From Candidatus Latescibacterota bacterium (GTDB lineage Bacteria > Latescibacterota > UBA2968 > GCA-2709665): a stretch of DNA of 64,000 nt. Below the pieces are notes generated by a model. That model did no database searches. It was not told the DNA's origin and worked only from the letters and a program-made list of their open reading frames with translations. Positions within the stretch are counted from its first letter, which is position 1, and each line of letters starts with the position of its first letter. Both the position numbers and the translations under genes were made by a program. Shown one piece after another: positions 1-10,143 of this stretch. The stretch is taken from contig CBDCOX010000002.1 of the NCBI GenBank assembly GCA_965219995.1, positions 1,440,001 to 1,504,000 on the forward strand, given 5' to 3'.

Positions 1-2
1 CC

Positions 3-143
3 TTTCCCGAAGGCCCGCCGCGTTACCTCCGGGCGCAGCTGTACGACTATCGCTTCACAACCCCGGACGAAAAGAGCCGGTCGGGAGACTGGTGGAAGCG
101 CACGTTTCTCAAAGCGTATCTTCCGAAAATTCAGCGGAGATAG
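3..143 (+). CDS. C-terminal fragment of lipase maturation factor (LMF) family protein, truncated by window edge
   Basis: Frame 3 reads FPEGPPRYLRAQLYDYRFTTPDEKSRSGDWWKR..., typical of LMF C-termini (PPxYxRAxLYxYxFT...WWxR); TAG at 141-143. Confidence 0.7.
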   Translation, partial: FPEGPPRYLRAQLYDYRFTTPDEKSRSGDWWKRTFLKAYLPKIQRR

Positions 144-188
144 CCGGGACGGCGCAAAGGAGGGTTCGAGTGGCGCCAATCCGATCGC

Positions 189-1145
189 TCAGTGTGCCAG
201 CGCGTCTCGGACCACGTCCGCAATTTCGGGATAGAGACGCGGGGTTTCGAGACTGCACAAGACGACGTGGCCGTCGACGAACCTGCGCGCGATCTCGAAC
301 TCCGCCCGCACCCGGTCCGGTGAACGCACGAGATACGGATCCGCATAAAGCCCGATAAACGGCACGAACGTGTTCCGTTTCGGGACCTCGAGCCGCTTCA
401 TCTCCGCGGTCTCGAATGCCACGCGCTCCAGGCTCCAGTGCGGGGGATAGAACCAGGAAGTCGTCTGCGTACAATAGTCCAGTCGCAGCCGGTTTCCGTA
501 ATATTCGTTGGGATAGAACGGCGGCCAGACGTGGTTGGTCACAATCGCGTTCGGTTTGATCGCCTTTGCGTGTTCGTACAGGACCTCGGAAACCGTGATC
601 AGGCTCGCTTCCGACATTCGCGCCAGCAGTTCGGGTTCGTGGGCTTCGGGCTGCTCTTCAGCCATCGTCTTCCGGATGGCGGCGCATCGATCGCAGAAAC
701 ACGCATAGTGGTTCCTGAAACCGAACCCGTCGAACGCAACGCCGTCCGCGATTTCGAGCGCCCTGCTTACCCGCTCCTTCAGAAACGATCTCGACGCCTC
801 GTGCTCGAAGCATAGCGTCGGGCCGTCCTGTACGATGGAAAACCACCGGTGCGACAGGAGCTGGAAGTTAGCCGGCGTGCCCTCGTGCCCGGCGCGGGCG
901 ATTTCGTCCTCGGCGGGCAGCAGCCGTTGCAGACACTCCGGATGCGCCCTTGCGAACGCGTCTGAAGGCCTGGCGTACACGATGGCGACGATCTTCACGT
1001 CCATCTCGGCGCCGCGTCGCACCATCGCCTCGGACGGATCTCGCACGATCAGGGTATCGAAGCCTAAATCGCTCGCGAATTCCACGATCTCCCGCTGCTG
1101 CGCTTCGGTCTCCACCGGCAGATGCCAGTCCCAGGCCGCCTTCAT
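189..1145 (-). CDS. hypothetical protein, possible glycoside-hydrolase-like TIM barrel
   Basis: ATG at 1145 with GGAGAGG RBS; DGVAFD and CFCDRC motifs as in GH-like barrels. Confidence 0.55.
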   Translation of the reverse strand: MKAAWDWHLPVETEAQQREIVEFASDLGFDTLIVRDPSEAMVRRGAEMDVKIVAIVYARPSDAFARAHPECLQRLLPAEDEIARAGHEGTPANFQLLSHRWFSIVQDGPTLCFEHEASRSFLKERVSRALEIADGVAFDGFGFRNHYACFCDRCAAIRKTMAEEQPEAHEPELLARMSEASLITVSEVLYEHAKAIKPNAIVTNHVWPPFYPNEYYGNRLRLDYCTQTTSWFYPPHWSLERVAFETAEMKRLEVPKRNTFVPFIGLYADPYLVRSPDRVRAEFEIARRFVDGHVVLCSLETPRLYPEIADVVRDALAH

Positions 1146-1243
1146 GTTTCCTCTCCGAATCCTACGCAGGTGTCGCGTCCGATAGACGCTCTTTCGTGCA
1201 TACGCCGATTCGTCCAGTCTCGCCAAGTTCCCTCGAACAGCCA

Positions 1244-1349
1244 AAACGTGGTCATTGAGCCCGTCGCAGTGTGGGTTCCGTTACTCGTCGGCTGTTCTTC
1301 GCTGCCCTTCACCGACCCTTCGACCCTTCGACAAGCTCAGGGCACCGCA
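1244..1349. repeat. REP-like palindromic repeat pair (GTCATTGAGC...GTCG / CTTCGACAAGCTCAG)
   Basis: AAACGTGGTCATTGAGC at 1244-1260 recurs at 7261-7277; CTTCGACAAGCTCAG near 1326 recurs near 41227. Confidence 0.65.
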
Positions 1350-1371
1350 TGCTCAGGGAGCGGCTCAGGAC

Positions 1372-2559
1372 TCAGGCGCGGATTCCTGAGCCCTGAGCCG
1401 CTTTCCGGATCGCTTCGGTCAGCTTACGAACCCGGGCCTGCGAATTGTCCGGATGCATCGGGATCAGCACGGCGCGGCTGAGTATATCCAGGGAATCCCT
1501 GCACATATCCATCGAGTAGGTCACGTTCAGCTTGCGGTTCGCCGGAAAGTTGTACGGATTCATATCCGGGTGATGCGCGCCCTGTTTCCTCATGACCGGG
1601 TCCCACCGGGTATAGACGTGCCGCCCGGTATCGATCGGCAGGAATCCTCGGGCCCCGTTCCCGCTCAGACCGTCCGCGAAAGCCCTCGCCGATTCCTCGT
1701 TCGGAAAGATAAACCCCAGGTTGCTTCCGCATTCGTACGAAAGACTGTTGTTGACGATGGACGTCAGTCCGGCCGCCTCTCCCGCCTTCAGCAGCTGGCG
1801 TTTGTGTGCGCCCATCTTTTCCAGCATCCCGTCGAGACGTCGCAACTGGGCATTCAGAATGGCGCCGGAAACCTCCGGCGCCCTGAAATTCATGCCCGCG
1901 AACTGCTCGTCCTCTTTCTTCCGGTCCGGATTCCAATAATACGAGCAGCAATCCGAGGCCACGGAGGCGCGACCGAAAACCGCTTTGTTGTTGGTGACGA
2001 ATGCCCCGCCTTCGCCGCTGGATATATTCTTGTAGAAGTTGAAACTGAAAGCGCCCGCGTGTCCGATCGAACCCAGCATTCGTCCCTCGTAGGCGCCGCC
2101 TACCGCCTGGCACGCGTCCTCCAGTACGAGCAGCTTGTGCCTGCGCGCAATACCCATCAGCGCCTTCATATTGCAAGGCAGACCCCACATATGCACGGGA
2201 ATGATCGCTTTCGTATGGCGTGTCAGGCGGCGCTCGACGCCTTCCGGCGAGAGCGTGATGGACTCATCCACGTCGGCTACGACGGGAATCGCCCCCGCCG
2301 ACAGGACCGCCAGCGCGGTGGCCATATAGGTACACGCCGGGACGATGACTTCATCGCCGGGGCCCACCTTCAACCCCACCAGTGCGCAATACAACGCCGA
2401 AGTCCCGCTGGTGGTCATCCTGGCGTACTTCACGCCCAGATGCTTCGCCCAACTTGCCTCGAACCGGTCGCATTCTCCCGTACGTCCGTACCGAAAGATG
2501 CCGCCATCGTCGAACAGCCGTTTGACACGCCCCAGTTCCAGGTCGCCGATGCGATACAT
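1372..2559 (-). CDS. DegT/DnrJ/EryC1/StrS family PLP-dependent aminotransferase
   Basis: SGTSAL, GDEVIVP, EDACQA, FSFNFYKNISSGEGG motifs. Confidence 0.92.
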   Translation of the reverse strand: MYRIGDLELGRVKRLFDDGGIFRYGRTGECDRFEASWAKHLGVKYARMTTSGTSALYCALVGLKVGPGDEVIVPACTYMATALAVLSAGAIPVVADVDESITLSPEGVERRLTRHTKAIIPVHMWGLPCNMKALMGIARRHKLLVLEDACQAVGGAYEGRMLGSIGHAGAFSFNFYKNISSGEGGAFVTNNKAVFGRASVASDCCSYYWNPDRKKEDEQFAGMNFRAPEVSGAILNAQLRRLDGMLEKMGAHKRQLLKAGEAAGLTSIVNNSLSYECGSNLGFIFPNEESARAFADGLSGNGARGFLPIDTGRHVYTRWDPVMRKQGAHHPDMNPYNFPANRKLNVTYSMDMCRDSLDILSRAVLIPMHPDNSQARVRKLTEAIRKAAQGSGIRA

Positions 2560-2577
2560 AACGGACTCCTTTCCGGG

Positions 2578-3231
2578 TTACGGGACGGCCGCTTCCGCTG
2601 CCCGCCCAGAAGACCCGTTCCTCTGAAGCCGCCTGAAGACGTGCGCATACGCCAGGAACGTCACCGGCACGGTCAGGAACAGGCCCACCAGCAGGCAGAG
2701 CGCGCCGCCGACATTGATCAGCACCGCGAGCAGCCCGAAAAGAAACAGGCGCCACCTTTCGCCCCGGGTCGTTTCGGCGCTGCGACGCAGGGCCGCCACC
2801 GCCCCCGCGCCTCCATCTGCGATGTGAAAGGCGTAGAACTGAAACAGGACCATCAGAAAAATCCCCGGCACGATAAGCAGAACCAGCCCGACAAGCACCA
2901 TCAGAGCGGCAAAGAGGGATGCGATAAAGTACGCCGGCGCAAGCGGATAGTGAATGAAAAGATCGGAGACGCGCGCCGTTCGACCGTCGTGCAAACTCAG
3001 GGCCACGACGACCAGGCCCACGTCCATGATGATACCGGCGACAAGAGCGAAGATCCCGAAAACAAACGCCCAGCCCTCTGAGTACGCGTTCACCTTGAAG
3101 ACGATGCCGTTCAGGATCAGCGTGATCGCCAGGTACAGTAGCCCGAGCCCGATAAAAAACGCGAGGTTGCCCGATGTTGTCCGCCAACCGTACCGCAGCG
3201 CGCCGGCAATGGAAAACCTATGCGCGTTCAT
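2578..3231 (-). CDS. integral membrane protein (DUF975-like)
   Basis: Multiple TM segments; GLVLLIVPGI and ALRRSAETTRG patterns. Confidence 0.7.
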   Translation of the reverse strand: MNAHRFSIAGALRYGWRTTSGNLAFFIGLGLLYLAITLILNGIVFKVNAYSEGWAFVFGIFALVAGIIMDVGLVVVALSLHDGRTARVSDLFIHYPLAPAYFIASLFAALMVLVGLVLLIVPGIFLMVLFQFYAFHIADGGAGAVAALRRSAETTRGERWRLFLFGLLAVLINVGGALCLLVGLFLTVPVTFLAYAHVFRRLQRNGSSGRAAEAAVP

Positions 3232-4408
3232 AATCGGCTTCCGTTTCGCAGAAGAGAGAATCCCTGGACGGTTGTGTCCCCGTGTTCGACAGAATGGCCG
3301 CCTTGGTCCTGCATTCCTCGTACTCGCCCCCGGCGCTGGAATCGTGGGTCACGCCGCTTCCCACGCCGAATTCCGCGAGGCCGTTCTCCCGATCGACGGT
3401 CACAGTACGTATGGCGACGTTGAACTGCGCCTCGGGACCGGGTGATATGTACCCGATGCTGCCTGTATAGACTCCGCGCGGGGAGTCCTCCAGTTCCGAG
3501 ATAATCTCCATGGTCCGCACTTTCGGCGCGCCCGTGACGGACCCGCAGGGAAAGGCCGCCCACAGGAGATCCCGGACGCCCAGGCCGGAACGGAGACGGG
3601 ATTGCACGGTAGACGTCATCTGCAGCACCGTTTCGTACCGCTCCACCTCCCACAATGCCGGCGCCCGGACACTGCCGGTTTCAGATACCCGCCCCAGGTC
3701 ATTGCGCAGCATGTCCACGATCATCACGTTTTCCGCGCGATCTTTCGACGACCACTTCAAGTCGTCGAACAATAGCCGGTCCTCTTCCGGCCACCGGCCG
3801 CGACGACGTGTCCCTTTCATTGGACGAGCCGTGAGTTCACCTGATTTCAAACGGAAGAACAGCTCGGGAGACGCAGACAGCACCTGAAACCGTCCGAAGT
3901 CCAGGTAAGCCGAATATGCCGTCGGCTGCGACCGGCACAGGTCTGTATAGAAGGCGCCCGCGTCCCCTTCAAATTCAGCCCGCATCCGGTAGGTGAAATT
4001 GACCTGATACGTATCGCCTGCGGCGATGTACGCGCGAATTCCTGCCACCACGTCTTCGTACTCATCCCTGCCGATGGACGGTCGCCACGCCGAATGCGAA
4101 TATGCACGACGGGAGCAAAAACGGCCAACCGTGGCCGGCGTCCGCCGCTCAAACAAGCCGAACCAGACCAGGGGCAATGCGCCGTACGGACGGGTCTTCA
4201 GCGCGGGGTCCAATCCGGAGGCTGCTTCGTACGCGATGAATCCCGCGGCGTGCAGACCGCGGGATACGGCGCGTTCCACTTCCGTCAGCGCCGCGTACAC
4301 GTCCGCCGGACAGCGGGCGACGACCTGATCGACGCATCCGGAAAACGCGTATGAAGCGCCATCCTGGTCCGAACGATTGCATTCAAGCAGCACCGCAGGT
4401 TCATTCAT
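3218..4408 (-). CDS. pabB: aminodeoxychorismate synthase component I
   Basis: GDTYQVN, SASPELF, PMKGT, AENVMIVDMLRNDL, FPCGSVTGAPK motifs. Confidence 0.9.
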   Translation of the reverse strand: MNEPAVLLECNRSDQDGASYAFSGCVDQVVARCPADVYAALTEVERAVSRGLHAAGFIAYEAASGLDPALKTRPYGALPLVWFGLFERRTPATVGRFCSRRAYSHSAWRPSIGRDEYEDVVAGIRAYIAAGDTYQVNFTYRMRAEFEGDAGAFYTDLCRSQPTAYSAYLDFGRFQVLSASPELFFRLKSGELTARPMKGTRRRGRWPEEDRLLFDDLKWSSKDRAENVMIVDMLRNDLGRVSETGSVRAPALWEVERYETVLQMTSTVQSRLRSGLGVRDLLWAAFPCGSVTGAPKVRTMEIISELEDSPRGVYTGSIGYISPGPEAQFNVAIRTVTVDRENGLAEFGVGSGVTHDSSAGGEYEECRTKAAILSNTGTQPSRDSLFCETEADYERA

Positions 4409-4442
4409 ATGCAACCCGACGCGTTTGACAGGGAGTAGACGA

Positions 4443-5246
4443 TCAATTCTTCGCCCAGTTTCCGTACACGTCCACGTCCACTCCCTCCACCTTCGGCCGG
4501 ACGCCCTTTACGATAAAGCCGGGACGCCCCATGCCCTGCCCGCCTTCCTGCCGGTTGCGGGGGTCCCTGAATCCCAGCCGCACGAGGCGACGCCAGTTGC
4601 CGCTGTGATTGACTGCCGATCCGTGAATGGTCCACAGGTAGAACAGGACAACGTCTCCTGCTTTTGCCGGGACCGACACGGCGTCCTGGAGCCGATACCG
4701 GTCCGTGGGAAGATGCGGGGCGGTGCCGGCGCCCGTAATATGCTCCAGCTTTCCGAGCCGGTGGGACCCCTTGAGGAACTTGATGCATCCGCTGGTTTCG
4801 TCGGCGTCGTCCAGGTGCACCAGGCAATCCGCGTACCGGCCGTCTTCGTGTGGAAAGAACGGCAAATCCTGGTGCATGGGAAACGGCGCCCCCTTGTCCG
4901 GCGGCTTCGCGTGCAGCGTGACATGGTGCAACTCAACAGCATCCGATCCCAGGAGATCGCCGACCGAGGCACCCAGTTCCCGCTTCGTGATAGCGCGGGA
5001 CCAGGCTGCGGAATAATGCTGCAATTCGTGGATGGCCACCAGCGTTGCCACCGCGTCCTCCTCTTCGTCCATATACTCTTTCCGCCAGGGCCCTTTCCAT
5101 GCGGAGTCCCAGTTCGCGAACTCCGTCATGATGTAGTCCAGTTCATCGCCCATCTCGCGGACTTCCTCTCGAGAGAACATGCCTTCGAGTCGGATGTATC
5201 CGTTTTCACGAAAAAAGGCGACCTGCGACTCGCTCAGCGTTTCCAT
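4443..5246 (-). CDS. phytanoyl-CoA dioxygenase (PhyH) family Fe/2OG oxygenase
   Basis: FRENGY, HQD...H triad, GSH, AGD motifs. Confidence 0.9.
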   Translation of the reverse strand: METLSESQVAFFRENGYIRLEGMFSREEVREMGDELDYIMTEFANWDSAWKGPWRKEYMDEEEDAVATLVAIHELQHYSAAWSRAITKRELGASVGDLLGSDAVELHHVTLHAKPPDKGAPFPMHQDLPFFPHEDGRYADCLVHLDDADETSGCIKFLKGSHRLGKLEHITGAGTAPHLPTDRYRLQDAVSVPAKAGDVVLFYLWTIHGSAVNHSGNWRRLVRLGFRDPRNRQEGGQGMGRPGFIVKGVRPKVEGVDVDVYGNWAKN

Positions 5247-5281
5247 ATCGGGTAATCTCCCGTTCAATTGTGTCCCACCGC

Positions 5282-5662
5282 CTATCTGCCGCCGATGACG
5301 ATGAGGAACGCGCTTTCTTCTACGGCCTTTACAGCGTGGCGGAGGTTTGCCGTGAAGGAAACCGCAGAACCGGATTCCAGCGTCGCCTCCTCGGCTCCGG
5401 ACGATATCCGGATTCGTCCACTCAGAAGAACCATGGTGGCGGGGCCCGGGGCCCTGTGTTCGTGCAGTACCGCGCCCTCCTTCATAACAGTAAGGACCAC
5501 GGTCATCTCATCCCCTCGAACCAGGGAAAGCGCGTTCCGACCGGATTCAGCGAAGGCGTCTTCCACCATAAGCTGTTCGGCCATGGCGTGTAACGGAAAG
5601 GACTCCATCCAGGTCTCGTTCACTTTCAAAGGTCGATAGGGTCGCTCAAAAGCTTTAACCAT
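5282..5662 (-). CDS. cupin domain protein
   Basis: HEHRAPG...LSG...H-A-V-x-A cupin pattern. Confidence 0.8.
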   Translation of the reverse strand: MVKAFERPYRPLKVNETWMESFPLHAMAEQLMVEDAFAESGRNALSLVRGDEMTVVLTVMKEGAVLHEHRAPGPATMVLLSGRIRISSGAEEATLESGSAVSFTANLRHAVKAVEESAFLIVIGGR

Positions 5663-5738
5663 TCCGTGAACTCCTCTTTGACGCCACAGGGTTCAGTCTC
5701 GGATTCTCATGGGTCCTCGTCCCGGGATGAATGGCGGA

Positions 5739-7238
5739 TCAGGAGCCGGGTACCGGATTCTCGTGAAACCAGCCCTTCAGGCTCGGATACAGTTCGCGGT
5801 ACCGGCGAAACCGCTTCTCGTACTCGGCCGCGCGCTCCGCACCGCTCCGGACGGCTTCGCCCAGCTTTACCGAGCGTTCGCAGGCCGCTTCAAAGTCGGG
5901 AAACACGCCCACGCCCACGCCGGCGATCACCGCCGCGCCGAGCGCCGACGCGTCCTGCACCTCCAGCACCCTGACGTCGCGCCCGAACACATCGGCCTGA
6001 ATCTGACGCCATAGCGCGGACCTCGCGCCGCCTTCGCCGATTCGCAGGTCCTCGATGGGCAGCCCGATGTCCTCGAAACACTCCAGAGAGCGCTTCAGAT
6101 CGAATGCCGCGCCCTCCATCAGCGAACGCACCAGATGCGCTTTCGTATGACGCAGCGTCAGACCGATCCAGCCGCCCCGGGCACGCGCGTCGGGGTGGGG
6201 CGTTGCCGATCCCTCCAGCCAGGGAAGGAAGAAGAGCCCTTCGCTGCCCGCGGGGGCATCCTCCGCCTGCCGCGTCAGAGCGGCGACGTCTTCGCCCAAC
6301 TGGTTGCCCAACCAGGCCAGACTCGCCCCGCACGTATACGAACACCCGAGCCAGAAAAAGGCGCCGGGGACCGAGTGACACATCGGCCAGAGCCTGTTGA
6401 ATGCGGCGGGATCCAATCTTTCCGCGAACGCGAGCGCGTGCCCCGCCGTACCGATGCCTACGTTGACAACCCCTGGCCGGATGACGCCGCTGCCCACGGC
6501 GAGACACGAAACGTCGCCGCCGCCCGCGCAGACGGGCGTTTTCGCGGCAAGTCCCATCTCCCGGGAAGCCCGCCCGGTCAGCGTCCCGATCACCTCGGTA
6601 GACTCCGATATGACGGGAAACAGGCTACGGCGCACTTCAAGGGCGTCCAGAATCTCGCCGCTCCAGTCCCTCGATCGAAGGTCCGCGGCCGCGGTTACGG
6701 ACGCGTCCGACACGTCCGACCCGAACGTCCCCGTCATCCGGAACCGCACCCAGTCCTTCGGGATCAGCACGTACCGCGCATCCCGATAGACATCCGGCTC
6801 GTGAGCGCGCACCCACAACACCTTCGCCAGCGTGTTGATGGGATTCATCACGTGCAGGGCACGGATCCGCAGCAGATCGCCCGCGCGTGCGTTTGCCGCG
6901 TCGCATTCCGGCTGCGAGCGCCGGTCGAGCCACAGGATGGGCGCCCGGAGCGGGTTGCCGGCGCCGTCCACGTACACGGCGCCGTTCATATGACCGGACA
7001 GCGATACGCCCCGGACGTCATCCACCGGCCGTCCCTGCTTCCGGAGTTCGTCCGCCACCGCGCGGGTTGTCCTGCAGATCGCCTCCCACCAGTCGGCCGC
7101 GTCCTGCTCCACCCAACCCGGCCGCGGCGTCTGCATGGCGTAACTGGCACTGGCAGTTGCTAATACGTCGCCACTTTCATCCAGTGCGACAGTTTTGGCG
7201 CTGGATGTCCCCAGGTCGATTCCGATTACCAGTGCCAT
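5739..7238 (-). CDS. xylB: xylulokinase-like FGGY carbohydrate kinase
   Basis: GIDLGTSS, EQD, SGHMNG, GGGD, GGARSALWRQIQAD motifs. Confidence 0.85.
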   Translation of the reverse strand: MALVIGIDLGTSSAKTVALDESGDVLATASASYAMQTPRPGWVEQDAADWWEAICRTTRAVADELRKQGRPVDDVRGVSLSGHMNGAVYVDGAGNPLRAPILWLDRRSQPECDAANARAGDLLRIRALHVMNPINTLAKVLWVRAHEPDVYRDARYVLIPKDWVRFRMTGTFGSDVSDASVTAAADLRSRDWSGEILDALEVRRSLFPVISESTEVIGTLTGRASREMGLAAKTPVCAGGGDVSCLAVGSGVIRPGVVNVGIGTAGHALAFAERLDPAAFNRLWPMCHSVPGAFFWLGCSYTCGASLAWLGNQLGEDVAALTRQAEDAPAGSEGLFFLPWLEGSATPHPDARARGGWIGLTLRHTKAHLVRSLMEGAAFDLKRSLECFEDIGLPIEDLRIGEGGARSALWRQIQADVFGRDVRVLEVQDASALGAAVIAGVGVGVFPDFEAACERSVKLGEAVRSGAERAAEYEKRFRRYRELYPSLKGWFHENPVPGS

Positions 7239-7346
7239 ATTGATACACGCATGCCGTCCGAAACGTGGTCATTGAGCTTGTCGAAATGCCCGCGTTTCGG
7301 AATGTCCGACAGGCTTTCGGTGCGGCGCCGGTCTTCATCGGCGTGA

Positions 7347-8270
7347 TTACGCGCCCGTCAGGAAACGCCGCGGGTTGTCTTCCAGCAGGTCCCGGATCGC
7401 GCCGTCGGACACGCCTTCGTCCCGGAGCCGGGGAACGAACCGCGTCAACACATAGTCGAGACCCGGACCGCCTCCGTAGCTTCGCCAGTAACTGGGCCGG
7501 CCCAGGTCGTTGCCCAGCAGAATACGATCGCCCAACCCGGCCTCGATCATCCGCTTGAGAATGGAAATGCGCATTTCATCGGGGCCGTATTTCACCTTGC
7601 CCGGGCAGTCGTAACCCAGATAGGCGCCGGTCTCCGCAATGCGCCGGTGCTCCCAGAAATCCGGATTCCTGTCCATATGGCTCAGGCATACATTGTCGGG
7701 ATGTACACCCAGCGCGTCCAGGAGCGCCACCTGATCGTACCCCATGGTTCCGGCTTCCGTGTGGGTCATCACCGGCACCCCCGTTTCCGCGTGCACCTTC
7801 GCCGCGATGCGCATCAGCTTCCTGTCGGCCTCCTGAAACGTATTGTATCCGCTGCCTCCCTTGACGATGCCGGCCTTTACGCCGGTGCCGTCGATCCCTT
7901 TCTCGATGTCCCGGATGCAGCTTCGGATCATTGAATCCTCGTCCTGGTTCAGGATCGCACGGTCGCAGAAATACGGTTTGTTGTATCCCGTGATCACAAC
8001 CACGTGCACGTCCGGCACCCGGTCCGCAATCCGGACGACCTGCCGCACGTTGCGGCCGAAGTCAATCGCCGACATCTCGATCAGCGTCCTGCCGCCCGCG
8101 CGCGCCCAGGAACGAAGCTCGTCGGCCGACCGCTCCACGTCGTTCAGCCGGAAATCTCCATCTTCCCTGAGCAGCCAGTCCGGGGCGTCGAAATAGAGGT
8201 GCTCGTGGTAATCCACAACGCCCAGGTCTTCGCCATCTACCTCCCCCCGGACCGTCATCACCGTGCCCAT
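7347..8270 (-). CDS. phosphotriesterase-related amidohydrolase
   Basis: HEHL, GIVK, THTE, SHMD, GND metal-ligand motifs. Confidence 0.9.
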   Translation of the reverse strand: MGTVMTVRGEVDGEDLGVVDYHEHLYFDAPDWLLREDGDFRLNDVERSADELRSWARAGGRTLIEMSAIDFGRNVRQVVRIADRVPDVHVVVITGYNKPYFCDRAILNQDEDSMIRSCIRDIEKGIDGTGVKAGIVKGGSGYNTFQEADRKLMRIAAKVHAETGVPVMTHTEAGTMGYDQVALLDALGVHPDNVCLSHMDRNPDFWEHRRIAETGAYLGYDCPGKVKYGPDEMRISILKRMIEAGLGDRILLGNDLGRPSYWRSYGGGPGLDYVLTRFVPRLRDEGVSDGAIRDLLEDNPRRFLTGA

Positions 8271-8279
8271 CTCGCACCC

Positions 8280-9029
8280 CTACTCATGTTCCAGTCCGGA
8301 AAGGAATTCCGTCCACGCCCTCACCATGCGCGCCACACACCCGCGAAACCACCGTTCGCCCTTTTCCGCGGATGCGACCGTGGCATCGCCGAACACTCCC
8401 GACCTTGACAGACTGCCCAGAGGCAGCGTGGACATCTCGTACCCGGCCGACAGCGGCGGATACTCCCGCACGGCCAGGTCCATTCTGACGGATTCGGGCC
8501 TCAGGTAGAGCATCAGGGAGGTTTCAAACTCCTCCGCGTGAAAATTCATCGGCATCCACTGGGGTGACTCCGCGTCCGCCATCACTTCGTCCAGGCCCGG
8601 ATAGAAGACGTTCAATACCTCCATATTCAGTTCGTCGACAAGCTCTCTGGAGGTGAACTTCAACGGAGCCGGATTCGCGCCGTGCCCCGACAGCGTCATC
8701 AGCGCCCGGCAGCCGCTGCGGTGCATGCTGCGCGCCAGGTCCTTCACCACCGCCCTGAAGGTATCGAAGGAGAACGTGAGCGTCCCGGGATAGTCGCGCC
8801 AGCTCCAGGAGTATCCCACGTGCACCGCCGGCAGCACGAGACCCGAACTCTCTTTCGCGACGTCCAGGGCCAGCGCCTTCGCAAGCACCGTGTCCGTATT
8901 CTGGGGCAGGTGGGGTCCGTGCTGCTCGGTTGCCCCAAGAGGCAGAATCGCGAACGGCGTGTCCCGCAGGAAGTCCCTGCACTCCGGCCAGGTCGCCGTT
9001 GCCGCGTCCAGCCAATTCGACTCGCTCAC
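8280..9029 (-). CDS. creatininase/creatinine amidohydrolase family protein
   Basis: GATEQHGPHLP..TD, GHGAN, HAEEFETS motifs. Confidence 0.9.
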   Translation of the reverse strand: MSESNWLDAATATWPECRDFLRDTPFAILPLGATEQHGPHLPQNTDTVLAKALALDVAKESSGLVLPAVHVGYSWSWRDYPGTLTFSFDTFRAVVKDLARSMHRSGCRALMTLSGHGANPAPLKFTSRELVDELNMEVLNVFYPGLDEVMADAESPQWMPMNFHAEEFETSLMLYLRPESVRMDLAVREYPPLSAGYEMSTLPLGSLSRSGVFGDATVASAEKGERWFRGCVARMVRAWTEFLSGLEHE

Positions 9030-9063
9030 GTCAAAATCTCCGGCAGAGAAAAACCATGAAAGC

Positions 9064-9345
9064 GGTGAGACGGGAGACGTTAGACGGTAGAAGACATCAT
9101 TGCCTGGTTGGTTCTACCTCTATGCCTCCGGCAAAAATGAACCCGCACAGGGCAATAAAACCGGGGAGACGGTAGACGTTAGACGGTAGTTGAAGGCGGT
9201 GAGACGGTAGAGGTGAGACGGTAGATGATAACGTTACCACAGTGTTTTCTCGCTAACCGTGCCTGTTTCTTTACCGACTATGGTAACGACGAGAAAAACC
9301 GTAGGGCACTCATGTCATCTCACGTCTCCCGTCTCCCGTCTCACC
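9064..9345. repeat. element built of heptamer (NNAGACG) repeats with terminal inverted repeats
   Basis: GGTGAGACGGGAGACG at 9064-9079 is the reverse complement of CGTCTCCCGTCTCACC at 9330-9345; more AGACG heptamers at 9164-9225. Confidence 0.7.
9226..9239. promoter_or_regulatory. LacI-family-like operator palindrome TGATAACGTTACCA
   Basis: Near-perfect 14-bp palindrome with central CG, upstream of the creatininase-PTE-kinase genes. Confidence 0.35.
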
Positions 9346-9353
9346 ATGTTTTG

Positions 9354-10136
9354 TCAGGCTTTATATAGACTTTCAGTCGGAATATCCGTGATCAGGGCGT
9401 GCCCGGGCGTGTAGGAGAGCGCGAGCGGTAGCCGGGCCTGCCGGGCCGCCAGGCTCGGCGTCACGCCGCATGCCCAGTAGAGGCGGTCCGTGCCCTCGGG
9501 GACCTGTATCGCATTCCCCGAAATCGTCGTGTCGAGCTCCGGAATCCCCAGTTCCCGGCCGTTATTCCTGCCCAGCGGCGCTCCGTGGCACTCCGGAAAG
9601 TGGCTGGTATATTCCCATACGTCGTTGCAGCGATCCGGAAGAAAGCTGCGCATGGTCACCGCCATCTTGCTCCGGAACCTGCCCACCGGTTCGCAGTCCA
9701 GGTCCGTCAGCTGAATACACGGCCCGAACGCCGGTTCGTACCCCTTTTCGACCAGAAGCCCGTCGAACGACACGCTGGAACCGATCAGAAACGTGACCAT
9801 GCGCCCGGAAAAGAGGTCGGCCACGTCACGACGCTGCTCGACCACCTCTCCCTCCCGGATCACGTCGTACGAGCCCAGATCGGTGCGGATGTCGAGCGCG
9901 CGCGCAAAATCCGGACAATCGGTCTGACCCGCGGGCATCACGGCCAGCAGCGGACAGGGTTTGGGGTTCGCCCTGCAGAATCCCTCGAACTCCGTGGCGT
10001 AGTCCTGATCCATCATGACCACATTTACGCACAGATACCCCGATAGCGCGCGGGATGCCACGGTCTTCAGGGCATTCCTGCGGCACGCGAGGCGCACCTC
10101 CAGCGGAGATCGAAATATTACGGGATCGGCCAACAC
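9354..10136 (-). CDS. DUF1445 / D-glutamate cyclase family putative hydro-lyase
   Basis: FCRANPKPCPLL, DIRTD, HGAP, WACGVTP, PGHALITD motifs; GTG start at 10136 after AGGGG. Confidence 0.85.
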   Translation of the reverse strand: MLADPVIFRSPLEVRLACRRNALKTVASRALSGYLCVNVVMMDQDYATEFEGFCRANPKPCPLLAVMPAGQTDCPDFARALDIRTDLGSYDVIREGEVVEQRRDVADLFSGRMVTFLIGSSVSFDGLLVEKGYEPAFGPCIQLTDLDCEPVGRFRSKMAVTMRSFLPDRCNDVWEYTSHFPECHGAPLGRNNGRELGIPELDTTISGNAIQVPEGTDRLYWACGVTPSLAARQARLPLALSYTPGHALITDIPTESLYKA

Positions 10137-10143
10137 GCTTCCC

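Noticed and set aside
1453-3081. 542-aa plus-strand ORF
   Set aside because: Antisense shadow of the DegT and membrane genes in GC-rich DNA; no motifs.
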